Assembly (NCBI RefSeq): GCF_006345805.1
Contig: NC_042997.1
Location: forward strand, 49,228,001-49,292,000
Direction of reading: 5' to 3'
From: Octopus sinensis
Taxonomy: Eukaryota
DNA length: 64,000 bases
Shown here in pieces: positions 24,431-38,458 of the stretch; position 1 is the stretch's first letter, and every line of letters starts with the position of its first letter. The position numbers and the translations under genes were made by a program. Below the pieces are notes generated by a model. That model did not search any database, was not told the DNA's origin, and saw only the letters and a program-made list of their open reading frames with translations.

Positions 24431-25599
24431 TATTTTATATAGAGAAGTGACATCATAAAACAAACCTATTTGCCTTAAACAAATCAAACCCCCTACTTTT
24501 TTTTTTTGTTCGTTAATACCTTCTTAACTTCACTACATTTTACTAATGGCATTGAAAAACAGATGAATACCACAACTTAAGTTTTATTTTCTGATTTTCA
24601 AGGGTTTTTTGTATAAAGTCTAATTAATATACATTAGGCTTAATACAAACAAAAGAAACTTTAATAACCTAACTCAAATAAGTAAACTTGAAACAAGTGA
24701 CGTTTGTACTTAACACTATAGTAAGGTGCTGCACCTGATCAAACATTGCCATAGAAACCCTTCATGTAGGCAACAATATAAAATTCTAGACTAACTCACA
24801 ACCCACAGAGATGATACACCTACAAAAATGTTGACGGTACCTGTGAGGCTTAACAGAGATGGTTGTGGTAGTAGTAGTAGTAGCAGCTGTAACACATAGT
24901 GAGAAAAAGTATCAAAGCAAAACAGTATCAGAATTGGTAGAGTTACTAATACTTGGCATGACCGAGTAAAATGAAATAATAGAGTTGGCAAACTTGAATA
25001 TTATGATTGGTATAACTGAAGAACATATTTTGTATAATTGTATAGAATATTAACAGTTGCTAGAACTGAAAGCTGGTATAATTCAATAAAATGGGAATAG
25101 TTGGTATAAAAAAAAACAGCAGAATAGTAAAAGATGGTAAAATTGAATCATTTTCTTTTTAACATCCACTTTTCCATGCTTGCATGGGTCAGACAGAGTT
25201 TAGTGAGGCAAGTTTCTATGGTTGGATGCACTTCTTGTTGCCAACCCATACCTGTTTCCAAGCAAATAATATTCCCCCCCTCCCATGGCAAACATGTTTT
25301 TTTGCAGAACATTAGAAATGAATGCCATACATTTACAAACAATCAAGTGATTTCAAGACGAAGAGACAAAAACATCAGGCACGTGTGCACGCATGCATGA
25401 TAGTCTTTTTTTCAGCTTCCATCTACCAAATTCACTCACAAGGTTTTGATCAGTCTGGGACTATAATAGAAAGCACTTGCCCAAGAGGCTATGCAGTGGA
25501 ACTGAACCCGAAACAATGAATAGAATAATAATAACTAACACTATGATGCATATACAGCTGCATACGTGCGCACATACACGCGGGTACTGTCCAAATCTC

Positions 25600-25872
25600 C
25601 GACTAATCACATACAGCTAGCTGGCATTCAATTGGCGTATCAAGTTTCAGGCATTTTGATTGGGTTTTGGATAGAAAATTCACAAAAAAGTCACTTCTAT
25701 TGATCTTTTAATAGCTTTGCGGGGTGACTGGGGAAATGTAAAGATGTGCATGACCACCCTTGGACGGTTTTGAATGACCATAGAGAGTGCGAGCCCTCTA
25801 ACTGAAAAACTGTGGATTTGTATAAAGGATACACACACACACAGACATTTTGCCTTTTATAATATAGAGAGA
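25600..25872 (-). mobile_element. Helitron-like 5' fragment (another at about 46176-46310 +)
   Basis: TC-tctctatattataaaagg..tgtctgtgtgtg start typical of these elements; 3' end unclear. Confidence 0.45.
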
Positions 25873-27004
25873 TTGGTATACTTCTAGAAATAAACCATTT
25901 ATAATGAAGCAGCATAAACTGGCTGGTTATAAAATTCAGAGGAACAACATTTCAACTTAACAAACAACATAGAAGAGCATCAACTGACAACTCAACAGTG
26001 AAGTTCAAAGTAGAAATATTAGCTGTTTCTCAGCAATTTCTATAAAAATAAGAATAATGTGCTTCACCTCAACCAATACATCAGGTAAGTTTTGAACCTA
26101 TTTAAATTCTATTCTAAAAGAGAAAAAAATACTTTTTTCAAATTTTATTCTTATATTTTTATGAACAGTGTCATTTCTCATGCAACTGAGCTGAAAAATA
26201 ATGTTTAATTCACCGGCATGTGTATATATTTCAGGTCTATATAAAATCACTGAAGCACGTCAATATGTCTATATCATAAAATGCTGGTTTATGTTGCATT
26301 TGAATCAGGCAATAAATAAATACAAGGTGTTAAAAAAATCTGTTTTTCAAGTTATTCCCTCATGTATATGTGTTTGTGAATCATGCATTAAACCTAAGCA
26401 TGTGTGTTTCTACATTCATGCATGTGCATACATCATCATCATTGTTGTTCATTGTCTGGTTTCTATGACGGCATGGGTTGGACAGTTTAACAATTGTCTG
26501 TTGTGGGGGTTTCTATGGCTGGACGCCCTTCCTAATGCCAACTACTTAACAGACTGTGCTGGGTGCTTTTTATGTGTCACTTTAAATATATGGTTGTTTG
26601 TGTGTAAATATTTATGTGCACAATGTTACATATGCCACAAGAGCAAGAAATATTTAAAGCTTTGATTTTGTATTTGGTTTGGAAGATTCTTGATGTGAAT
26701 TTGCGTGTTGAAACAAATCTTGTGTCTTTCTTGAGAGTGTTGTTATGACTAACTAACAATAAAGAAGTGATACTGAACCAGTGCATGTGTTTGAAGCAGT
26801 TTAAATTTACTAAACCCTTAACCTAACCATTTGTGTTTCTCTGTCTACAGATAGCTTCTTTGTGTGAATATATTTTGGTTGGCTTTGACTGATTTTAGAC
26901 ATTGACTAACCTTAACATAGGCTTTCCACATCATCTCAGAAGCATAAAAGATATACAATTAAGATGTTCAACTCCTGATTACATAGTCACATTTTAAAAT
27001 CTTA

Positions 27005-27394
27005 CTAGCAGTATCGCCTGGCGTTGCTTGGGTTTGTTTCAACCCTTTAGAATTGGAATTTTGGCAAAGTAAAAATTTTGCATTATGTAGCTTGTTATTC
27101 TCTTTAAGTGAACATTTTCTTGGTTGAAATACACCAAAAAATGGCGACACAGCAATAAAAAAATCGTAAAAAATAGGGATTTTCATAGAAAAAAAAGCAC
27201 CTTTTTGATGTAAATAATTTTTGGTGTTAACATGGTCTGATTTGAATTTTATCTTCTATGGAATGAAGAGCAAGCCTTCTTTATCATGCTCTCAATTTTG
27301 GTCAACTTGCGCCGCAGGGTCTCGGAGGAGATAGTGTTAGTTGAAGGCTACCAAACCTGCCACACACAGACAACTTCAGCTTTATATATACAGA
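27005..27394 (-). mobile_element. Non-autonomous Helitron with H1-type 3' end and a different interior
   Basis: A|TC start at 27394; 3' aaacccaagcaacgccaggcgatactgCTAG|T at 27005. Confidence 0.75.
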
Positions 27395-28059
27395 TTACAC
27401 TCATTATATTACACCGGTGACAAAAAAGATAATCTAAGTGTTTGCTCCAGTTTTCCTGTCAGACAAAACAACAGAATTGAGTCATACTTCCTGGTAGAGT
27501 AGTTAATTGTTCTAAGAAACTACAATCGCACCTCTGCTAGAAATGAGAAACAGATACTAAATAGCTAAAAAAAAGAAAAAGAAAAATAATTGCTTAGTAA
27601 ACCTGATGAACATTAACTAAAAGTAACTGATCAAAAAAATTGGTCAACCAATACTGTAAGTGTTCCTTTCTGTATTGCAAGATGATACTCTTGTATAGCA
27701 GTCTTAATCTGGAGCTTGATTTGATATTTAACACCTGGTCCTTGGATGCCTTTAGTGGAGTTCACTTGTTGCAAGCATTGAGACCACATCACCCATTTGA
27801 AAGTAACTCCACCACCAACCTTCTCTCCTACCAGTCTCTTGAGACATGAAATAACTAAGGGGGTTGTGGGTGCAGCATTCTTTTCCAGACTGAGTAGCAA
27901 CAACAACAACAACAATCCTTTCTACTATAGGCACAAGGCTTGAAATTTGTGTGCTGGGAGGACAGTCAATTACATCGACCCCGGTGTTTCATTGGTACTT
28001 AATTTATCAACCCTGAAAGGATGAAAGGCTAAGTTGGACCCAAATGTGGAGCCTAAAAA

Positions 28060-28340
28060 CAGAAACAATCCCTATAATAATAGGTGCATCAGGTATGATT
28101 AAAAGACAGTCAGACAAATACGTAACCAAAACACCAGGACTTACAAATATATAAAACATACAGAAAATAGCACTTACTAGGCACCGTGCACATCCTACGC
28201 AAGGCACTTTCAATACAGGGTACCTAAGAGCACCAAAAGAAACTACAGCATATACCCAAGGTACACAGAGCTGCGCTCAGTAGTGCAGTGAAAGCACATG
28301 ATAAAAATAAGGCTACTGAATAATAATAATAATAATAATT
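28060..28340 (+). mobile_element. RLE-type (R4/Dong-like) LINE 3' end with (AAT)n
   Basis: PIIIGASGMIK...TPGLTNI*NIQKIAL..., resembling the PIVIGALG...QKxALLGTAxILR C-terminus; (AAT)n at 28320-28340. Confidence 0.6.
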
Positions 28341-28344
28341 ATTA

Positions 28345-28545
28345 AAAAATGGTTTCAAATTTTTCCACTAGGGCAGCCATTTTAAAGGTGTTGATTACAT
28401 CAACTCCAGTGTTCAACTGGTAACTTATTTTATCGACCCCGAAAGGATGAAAGCAAAGTAAACCTCAACGGAATTTAACTCTGAACGTAAAGATAGATGA
28501 AATGCCGCTAAGCATGCTAATGATTCTGCCAGCTTGCCAATAATA
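28345..28545 (-). mobile_element. Older SINE-A copy (similar diverged copies at about 27915-28050, 36080-36290, 43090-43310, 44240-44400)
   Basis: Same head and central motif, alternative tail (gccttgtgccaaaatttgaaacca-like). Confidence 0.7.
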
Positions 28546-31009
28546 ATAATAACAATAATAATAATGCTTTCTTTGACAATAATTCTCTAGTAAGATTTAA
28601 AATTAAAAACATACAGTTGGAATTTCAAAACAAAAAACTCTAAAGCATTGGTTACATTAAGTCAATAAATAACGACTACATTCCTTCATTAGCTGAACAT
28701 GTTAATATGCTTAATTTGAGAGATATGTGAAATCTCTCCAGTGAAGTTGGATACATCTGGTTAGATATGTTCCAAGAGAGCAGCTGAATTATATATACAC
28801 TGCACAAACATCTTATAGACAATACAGTCTCTTTCCTTCTAACAGATGTTCTCTGAAGAACTGAAACAAATTAAAAATGTCAAGTTCAGCTGTTGAAGGA
28901 TTAAAAAAAATATTTATTTTACTTTTCTATTCAGTTTGCAATGATTCAATGAAGATAGCACTAATAGAGCTGTTTTACCATAATATAAATGAAGGTGGTA
29001 TGGGTAGTTAATAAACATGCTGTAACATGTCTAAATACAACTAGACATAAAACAAGTGGTTACATAATACCAGCACTCCTCACAAACAAAGAGCGAAAGA
29101 AGATCAGAGGAAAAGTGTTACAAAAGACGAAAGGGAGGGATGTAAGAAACTTGTTAATATTAGATAATCTAGAACATATTCTACAACATATGTTTTTAAA
29201 GATTCTTTTAGCATATTGTTAATTTTATGAATGTTAAGAAAACATTTTACTCTGATGAATAGAAATGAAGACATTTTTGGGGTTCTTTTTTTTTATCAAT
29301 CTTCACCCAGGATACCTTTAGCAGAGTCCACTCTTTTGGAAGTATTCAAACCAGGCCCCAAGTTTAAGGATTTCTTCCTTCCCTCCCATTAATTACAGAG
29401 GCCCTGTAATATGTCCTAAGCCCTGCCTAACCCCCTGGCTAAGAAAAGATCAAATAAATAAAGATTATATTTGCTACATCAGTTTATCAATGAGTTAGAA
29501 TTTATATTCTCTCATACCAAGCCATAAGTGATAGAGAGATGGGATGAGACTTGATCTAGATATAAACCACATAAAAACAGAGGCTTTTGATCTAATAACT
29601 ATGAAAGTTTCACAGTTAGAGCTGCTAGGGCATTTTGCAAAATAAAGATTTTGAATGGTGAAAGATTTATTTCTATCAAATACAGTGTATTTTATGCTAT
29701 AACTATAAAGTAGAACATATTTTGTGCTTAACAAAAGACAACCTGAACAGTGGGCCTCGTAATGCAGTCTTGATTATGTGAAGCATGTTTAAACTTGCCA
29801 AAAAAATTAAAGAGAGAGAGAGAGTGGGGTGTAAAGAATTCCAAGGGTTAGGGTAATATTTGTTGTTTTTGTATTTTTCATTCCAGACTGGGAATAATGT
29901 CATTCCCTTTTCTTTATGGTGGAAGGGGGGAATAAATTATATTACGTATTACATATAATAGCATGTATTTTACACACATAATTATGTACCATGGGTGTTA
30001 TAGTTGGTTATTTTTCTTTATCCATTTAACTTCTATTATATGAATTGCAATTATGAGACTGTAGAAGACCAGTCGTAAAAAGACTTCAAAAAGGAATGTA
30101 ATTATTGCTTTTATGCTTTAACTGCTGCCTAAAATTATATCAAAGTATTCAATTGGATTTAGCTGCCGTTGGCTTAATGAGCTAATAACTAATGAGCTAA
30201 TCAATTTCAAACTGACTCTTATAATCTATATGAATTACAAATCATTATTTCAATTAGCCTTGATCAATTTTATAAAAGTAAATTAATTTTAGACCTAATT
30301 TATAATTGTTTAAAAAAGAAGGGAGAGGGATATACTATGAAGAGTTTAAGGATTCTTAAGGATCAGCGATTAACTCTGAGCTCAAAACTTTAATGAATGA
30401 GAAATAAATTTATGATTATAATAGGATGCCAATCCATCTTATTTTCAAACAATTCCAGAGGCCAAACCAACTATATTATGTTGATATAGATGATCTGGGC
30501 ACCAATTCCATAGAAGCTTTAATTATGTAAAGTATAACATACACAGAATGCTAAATGCGCTACATAAATAGTAACAATATTTGTACTTATATCAATCATT
30601 TTAATATTCCCTGTTTCAGCCTAGCATGAATTAGATGGAATATGTTGAGGCAGCCTTTCTACAGTCAAATACCCTTTCCTGTTGCCGGCCCCTGCCTGTT
30701 TCTAAGTAAGGTAATATTTCCCCCATCACTTGACATGTTTCCATGGAAAATAAGAAATGAAGGACACCACCTGCATGATTAGAACCATGACGCCCAATCA
30801 CACCATGACGTGATGTGAAGACAAAGAAGCAGTAACACAAGCACACACACATCATCACTGCCATCATCATTTAACATCCATCTTCCAGACTCCATTTGTC
30901 ATATACACCATGGTTGTTTCTATGGTGGGATGCCCTTCCTAATGCCAGCCATTTTACAGTGTATTGGGTGCTTTTTACAAAGTACTAGCACAAGAGACAC
31001 ACGCATATA

Positions 31010-31425
31010 CTCTTTACTCTTTTGCTTGTTTCAGTTATGTGACTGTGGCCATGCTGGAGTACTGCCTTTAGTCGAGCAAATCGACCCCAGGACTTATTCT
31101 TTGTAAGCCTAGTACTTATTTTATCGGTCTCTTTTGCCAAACCGCTAAGTTACGGGGACGTAAACACACCAGCATCAGTTGTCAAGTGATGTTGGGGGGG
31201 TGGGGCAAAAACACAAACATACAAACATATACACACACACACATATATATACATATATACGATGGGCTTCCTACAGTTTCCTTCTACCAAATCCGCTCAC
31301 AAGGTTTTGGTCGACTCGAGGCCATAGTAGAAGACACTTGCCCAAGGTACCATGCAGTGGGATTGAACCCGAAACCATGTGGTTCATAAGCAAGCTACTT
31401 ACCACACAGCCACTCCTACGCCTAT
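31010..31425 (-). mobile_element. SINE-B, tail T1
   Basis: Reverse complement of the 32405-32830 structure. Confidence 0.85.
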
Positions 31426-31430
31426 ATATG

Positions 31431-31472
<42 letters not shown>

Positions 31473-32404
31473 CATACACACACACAATATATATACTGAA
31501 CTTTACAGAAGTTCCTGCCGGTAATCGGCTATATTTACATACCGAATTCTACCAGTAAATAATTGTGGCCTTTTTTAAAGACCATTATAGAAATTATTTA
31601 CCCTTATTATTATATATATATATATATATAGTTATATACACACTTGGGCTTATGTATATATTTGTCAGGTATCTTTTGGTTTCTGACTGCCAAATCCACT
31701 CTAGAAGCCTTGGTCAGTTGCCTGGGGCTATAGTAGAAAATAGTTGAAGTGCTACACAGTCGGATTGAATCCAAAGTATACTGTTGTGAAACAAACTTCT
31801 TAACCACGTAGCTAAACAGCCGTGCCAATACCTACTGAGTTAAAGCATGTTGAGAAAAAGTCATAGTTTTGTCATACTCAGCAGTGGTGCCCCAGCATGG
31901 CCGCGGCCTTCGGGCTAAAACATTTTTAAGGATTTATACCTAAGTATGATTTATGAAACAAAATAAATAACAGCTCTTCTTTTCTTCTCTTTATTTTTCT
32001 CTCAAAATTTCTGAAGGGTTAAAAGAGATTTTTGTTTCTAACTTTCCATTAAGTTCACCAGAAATTGAATATTTCATCTTCAGTGTGTCAGAGAAAGTAA
32101 AAAATGATTGTTCTGTTAGCTCAAGTAGAACATTGTTAACTTTTAAGTGTATATGTCACATTGTTACTGCCACTGAATTCTGTTTCATAAGACTTGACAT
32201 TGTATGATGAACAGTTTGGGTGATAAAGTGGTGTGTTGTAATGGTAGAAGAAAGCAGAAGGACCAGGGGATGACACGTACAAGCATTGGGAGAAATGACA
32301 GCCTGACAATGCATTTACTAACATAAGAAGAAGAAAGAAACAAATGGTTTGATTCCCAGAAGACAGTTTAATGCAAATTTTCAAATTCAAATTAATCACA
32401 TTTA

Positions 32405-32830
32405 GGTGCAGGAGTGGCTGTGTGGTAAGTAGCTTGCTAACCAACCACATGGTTCCAGGTTCAGTCCCACTGCGTGGCACCTTGGGCAAGTATCTTCTGC
32501 TATAGCACCAGGCCAACTGAAGCCTTGTGAGTGGGTTTGGTAGACGGAAACTGAAAGAAGCCTGTCGTATATATGTATATATATATATATGTGTATGTTT
32601 GTGTGTTGTGTTTATCCCCCCAACATCGCTTGACAACCGATGCTGGTGTGTTTACGTCCCTGTAACTTAGCGGTTCGGCAAAAGAGACCGATAGAATAAG
32701 TACTGGGCTTACAAACAATAAGTCCCGGGGTCGATTTGCTCGACTAAAGGCGGTACTCCAGCATGGCCACAGTCAAATGACTGAAACAAGTAAAAGAGAG
32801 TAAAGAGTAAAGAGTAAAGAGTAAAGAGTG
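32405..32830 (+). mobile_element. CORE-type SINE-B with tail T1 ending in (TAAAGAG)n
   Basis: tRNA-like head (GGTTCAGTCCC B box), CORE-like CACCTTGGGCAAGT, (TA/TG)n linker, tail ...ccagcatggccacagtcaaatgactgaaacaagtaaaagag. Confidence 0.85.
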
Positions 32831-33130
32831 TGCGTGTGTGTGTGTGTGTATACTTGTGTATGCAGACTGACATATGTATGTGCAAAAGTGTGGATATAAA
32901 AACATGTAAGAACATATGTTTGTCCAAGTGTCTGAGTGGGAGTGTGGGAGGGAGTGTGTGTGTCTGTGTGTGTGTGTGCGCGTGTGTGTGTGTGTGTGCA
33001 TGTGTGTGACAGAAAGAGACAGCAGCAGTGTGAGCGAGTGCATGAGAAGATATGAGGGTATCATGAAATATAATATAGCTCTTATTCATTCAGCAGTAAA
33101 TATATTCTGGTAATCATATTGAATGTAAAT

Positions 33131-33194
<64 letters not shown>

Positions 33195-34628
33195 ATGAAT
33201 GTATATGTATGCAAGTGTGTGAGTGTACACACACACACACACACACACATGCATTTATGTATGTGTGTCTATATACTTTATAATTGAAGCTGTAAAACCA
33301 TCACAAAAGTATCACATAAAAAAAAACCGCTACTCAGAGTTTCACATTCCCATTCGTTGGGCAGTTGTGATCAGCATTCTTGATCACAACTGCCCGACAA
33401 ACAACACAGTGAAACTCTGAGTTGCTGAATAGGAGATTTTTCTGTGATGTTATTGCAGCTTTAATAAGAATGCATATTACTCTACCTCTGGTATCCGCAT
33501 ACTATTTTTTCCTTGTTTCACATTTATGTGCTTTCTTGGGTATATATATGTGTGTATATATATAGAGAAGGGGGAGGGGAAAGCCTGTAGAGTTGGCAAC
33601 AAGAAGGACATCCAGGTGTAGCAAATCTACCTCAATAAATCTGTCCAACCCAAGCAAGCATGAAAAGTGGGTATTAAAATTATTATAATAATAATCATAT
33701 TGATGATACACACACACACACACAAAACAGGTTTCCTTCAGCTTCCAACTACCAAATCCAATCACAAAGATTTTATCAGCACAAGGCCATAATGGAAGAC
33801 ACTAATCTAAGGGGCTGTGTAGTGAAACCATGTGACTGGGAATTGAACTTGTTAACCACATGGTCATGCTGTACCTTCATATATCACCATCATCATTTCA
33901 CATCCATTTCCATGCTGGAAATGTGTGTGTGTGTGTGAGTTTGCCTTTACTACATCTAATGTAAATAACACTAAAAATAAAATGTAAACAAATGCATTTA
34001 TGTCTCCATAGGCAGAAAAATTTTAGATTATCCCAGAAAATTGTGTATTAATTATCTGATATATATATATTTAAATTTAATAATAGCAAATTTGACATTT
34101 ATTAATTAAATACGATATATTGTAATATATAAATGCTTTATAGTGTAACATCTAATTATGACATGTCAAATGGTTGTCAGAGACAGAATACAGAGGAATT
34201 GGTTAATGGTTAAATTTCTTACATAAGATTATACATTATATATATACACAAACATATACACACACACAAAAATACATATAAGTACACACATTCACACACA
34301 CACATATCAGTAACAAACTACCAATTATTTACTTATTTCCACAGGCAATGAAAAGGTAAAACAACCAGGTAACATGTAATTTAGACTTATGACAAAATGC
34401 TACATTATCATAATTATCTTTTTTAGATCATCATTTCTTAACCCTCTTTGTTCTACGCCCCACTTTGATTTTCCAAAAACATACACCTCTCACTATAAAC
34501 ACAAAGTCTGCAGCAGACACGCATGCACATACACACACACCTACACATATTCGAAAATAAATTTTTAACCCTTTAGAATTTAAACTGGCCATATTTGGCC
34601 AAAATATTCTACCTGTTTTATGTTCAAA

Positions 34629-35176
34629 TGAGCAAAACACACCCCCATCTAATGGACGGTGCTGAATCATATCTGCTGAATAAAAAGCAATCAGTGTTTT
34701 CTTTTCATTAAAAAATAATTAAGCATGTCTTTATTTCAATAATATTTTTGGTTTTGTTAAACGAAATTAAGGCAAATTAAAACTTCTTGAGAAACCAAAT
34801 AGTCTTTCCTTCCTTCATGCCAAGTTTGAAGAAAATATCTCTTTTGCATCTTATTTTTTTGATCTCTTAAATATACTACATTTTGTGACATTATTTCAAG
34901 CCAGCCGGCTTTTTTTGCGCAAACTGCATGAGCATTTTTCTCACGTACGCGCAGTATCGATCACAACAGCTGATGTACTTGCACGTACAAATGCACGTCC
35001 TCACGGCTTTATCGATCGCATTCTCACCTGGAATCGATTTTTGTAATTTTTTCAAGATTTATACACGCCCTGATACTGTCGGTATCTACATATCAAATTT
35101 GAGCGCAATCGGATGGAGGATGCCCGAGATCCTAAAAGACACACACAGACAGACAGAACAGATTTTATATAATAGA
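34629..35176 (-). mobile_element. Helitron-like element H2 inserted in a TTAA MITE
   Basis: Shares about 190 bp of 5' end and about 45 bp of 3' end with 24047-24430; splits MITE 34569-35333. Confidence 0.62.
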
Positions 35177-36754
35177 TTAGCTAGGTTTTGGCCTCTCACA
35201 CCTCACTCTGATGTTAACCTAAAAATAAGTTATCTCTTTATCTCATCTAAATCTCAGAGCAACAAGATAATGCATGATTAATTCAAAAGTGAATAAATAT
35301 TACATTTGACAGAGAACTATGAATGCTAAAGGGTCAACTGAAACTCTATTGCATGTTTTATTCACTTGTTACTTATATATACACCCAATGTCGCCTCTTA
35401 ATAATTTTTATTGTGAGTGTGCACAAAAATTTGCATTGAATGCAAATTTTATCTTTCTTTGCAATGTATGTGCAACTTCATATGTGTAATCATCACTCAA
35501 ATCTTGAAAACTTGGTGGGCACATTTTTTCTCTTTTTTTCTTTTTCTAATGGGGAAATCTGCATGCTTAGAGGGAATACTACTTATGCCCCATTCTGAAA
35601 AAAAACCCATGACTCACCAACATATCACCATGCTCTACATGTGGGGCATGTACCTTGAAAAACACTGTTCTAAATCAGAATGATTACTACTAGACAAGGA
35701 TTTAAACGTGAAATGCCTCTCCTCAGCCATGGTTAGCAGAATCAGCAGAATAACAGTGTATTTGGATTACAAGGACTTGCATAACAAAAGTGCAAATGTT
35801 CAGTGTTTTTCGTTTTTTTTTATATTGTCTTACAAATTTACTAAAAACACTGTTGCTACATGTATGAGTGTATATACATGTGCATGCACACAAATATGTA
35901 TGTGCATAAATGTGTGAGCGTGTGCATATGTGCACGTGTGGTGTGTTCATATGCATGCAAATACATATCTACATACATGTGTTAGTGCATACAGGTACAT
36001 GCATGTCTATTTTTCTAACAGAATCTGGGTAGGGCAGTGCCCACCCAGATAGTCTTTTTTTTAAAGTATACAGATATAACTATTGGTTTCAAATTTTGGC
36101 ACAAGGCCAGCAATTTCTAAGTTAGGCTCAAGTCAATTACACCAACCCCAGTCAAAGGACAAAATAAAAAGCACAGTTGACCTTGGTGGAATTTGAACTC
36201 ACTCAGCACATATAAATGGATGAAATGCTACCAAGCATTTCCCCAGCATGCTAACGATTCTGTCAGCTTGCTGCCTAAATATATAGATATAAATTTTTAA
36301 ATCTATAATTATCAGTAATTAAATAATGAAGTAAATGATTTCCAATTCATGATAAAAATGCTAATTTAATGTCTGGAATTCAGTGCATAACCATGTAAAT
36401 GGCTACCCTTTTTTAAAGTTAGGAACAATATCCACAGCCTTTCAAGTCCTATAAATATATATCAAAGTATGATCCACATGGTAACAGTTTCCAGAATGAA
36501 CTAAACAGCATCATAAAAGTAGGATAATATCTGCTTAGGCTGTCATTTGTCATTACTGCAATTTAGTATATCAAATAGTAATAATGAATATATACTGTGT
36601 ACAAGTGCATGTAAATATAGTTGTAAAAAAATTACATAAGATGCTCCCAACTATGGTCACCACACAGTGTAAAATTAACAACGGAACTCAAAGCAATCCA
36701 GTGAAGCTATACAAAGATGATTGTCTCAATTTGACATGTCAGCTGCTGGGAGGG

Positions 36755-37150
36755 AGAGAGAGTGAAAAAGTTATGGCTCTACACCTTAGAATGAAGGCAG
36801 GAAAGATGCGCAGTAATACACATCTGGAAAATCTTGGAGGAACTTGTACCTAACTTTGGCATTGTAAGTTACCCAAAAACCAGAATGGGACACTACTGCA
36901 TAATACCAAAAATCACAACATTGCCATTGGGGATACAGGACCAGATACTTTAACAGCTTGGGCTTCAAGGGACCACAGCTCTTCAATATCCTCCCACAAA
37001 TCCCAAAGGACCTACATGGAGTGGATATAGGTGTCTTCAAAACAAAACTAGATCTCCTCCTGCCAAGAGTTCCAGATGAACCGACCATCCAGCAAGTAAC
37101 CCAGATGAAGACAGAAAGATCAAACTCCTTCACTCACTAAATGCCACATA
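36755..37150 (+). mobile_element. CR1/L2-superclade LINE C-terminal fragment
   Basis: NSLGFKGPQLFNILP..DLHGVDIGVFKTKLDLLL.RVPDEP; frameshifted upstream. Confidence 0.68.
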
Positions 37151-37257
37151 TCAGAGGAGGTTTAGTGAAAGTGTAGCAAAGCTAATGGCATGGCCATAGC
37201 CCTCAAGCTAATACTAGAAAAGTAAAAAAAAATCTACCATGCAGAGAGAGAGAGATA

Positions 37258-37292
<35 letters not shown>

Positions 37293-37804
37293 AGTGTGTG
37301 TGTGTAGGGAGGGACACTATGGGAAAAAAAATTCTAACCATTCCTAAAATAGGACTTTATTCAAAGCAAAAGTGATTTTGTGTATATGGTGGGTTGGAAA
37401 TGCATGCTATTATAGAAGCTTTTACCATAGAATTGGATGATAAAGCCCGCAACAGAAACATGTAACATTTACCACAACTGAATAAATTGAACTCTGCTGT
37501 CCAAGAAAAAAAATGTCCAACATTAGTAAACAATGGAGATGTTTGTTTTTTTTTATCTCTTTTCGATTATTTTGATTTAAACAAAAGTTTCTATCTTACT
37601 CAAAAATTACTAATTTTAAATCTCAGCAACAGTACTTTGTAGTAAAGATTGTTTGCCAACATAACATGGCAGTCCTGGTTTAGGATTAATGTTGCTGTAA
37701 TTTAGCCCCAGGAGACATCATCTCCAGCTGGCTATACGGCACGATCTGTGTCCTTATACTTTCAAACAAGGGAATCTAGCACCCCCACTCAGCTCAAAAT
37801 AATA

Positions 37805-37848
37805 TCTGTGAATCATGATTTCCAGGTTATTTCCCTTCATCAGACAGA
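37805..37848 (-). ncRNA. Minimal type I hammerhead motif with a single core change (family P3)
   Basis: Minus strand reads TCTGT-CTGATGA-AGG(gaaataa)CCT-GGA-AATCATGATT-C-ACAGA: 5-bp helix I, 3-bp helix II, 10-nt palindromic helix III; GAA reads GGA. Confidence 0.68.
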
Positions 37849-38036
37849 ATAATTGTTTGGCTAGAGGCGGCGCTGCTAAATTCCTGTTCAAAACATATCA
37901 TTTTCAAAGTGACAACTAGTCACTATCTATAAATTAGAAAATTAATATTTTTAAATCTCACAAAAAAAAAAAAAAGTAATTTTCTAACAACAGAAGCAGT
38001 ATTAGATGGCCATTTGTGTATCATACTTAATATAAA

Positions 38037-38458
38037 TCTTCTCTGTATATAAACGGCAGTTTGTCTGTCTGTGTGTCTGTCAGGTTGTACCCTCACCCTG
38101 ACCACGGCTTTCAACCGATTCTGATGAAACTTGACGCACACATAGCCCAATGTCATAATTCAAAATTAACGCAGCGAAAATTTTGAAAAGTTCCCCCAGT
38201 TCTGAAAAAAATCGATAAATTCGACATGGGATCGAGAATCTAAGCTTTTTATATGCAACACATTTTCTGTAGTAGTTTTTGCAACTTGCAATCGGGAGAC
38301 AGCTAGGGACATCGTAACACAGAAGTATTCGAGTGAAGAGAAGACATTGCAACCTACACATGCACTTTCGTTCCCTAGAGGGAAAGAACTAGATTGGGAT
38401 TAGTTGTTGCCTACTAGGGGCTCTTACATACCCGGGCAACGCCGGGCTATGCTGCTAG
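38037..38458 (+). mobile_element. Non-autonomous Helitron
   Basis: A|TC start; CCCGGGCAACGCCGGG hairpin; CTAG|T at 38455-38458. Confidence 0.75.

Noticed and set aside
27631-27915. 94-aa minus-strand ORF (also 15742-16050 and 22709-22930)
   Set aside because: No family motif recognised and no supporting splice structure; consistent with chance ORFs.
29245-29275. Other CTGANGA hits (29252, 27603, 28854 on +; 12277, 22778, 32077 on -)
   Set aside because: No helix II closing onto a GAAA and no helix I/III complementarity; expected by chance.
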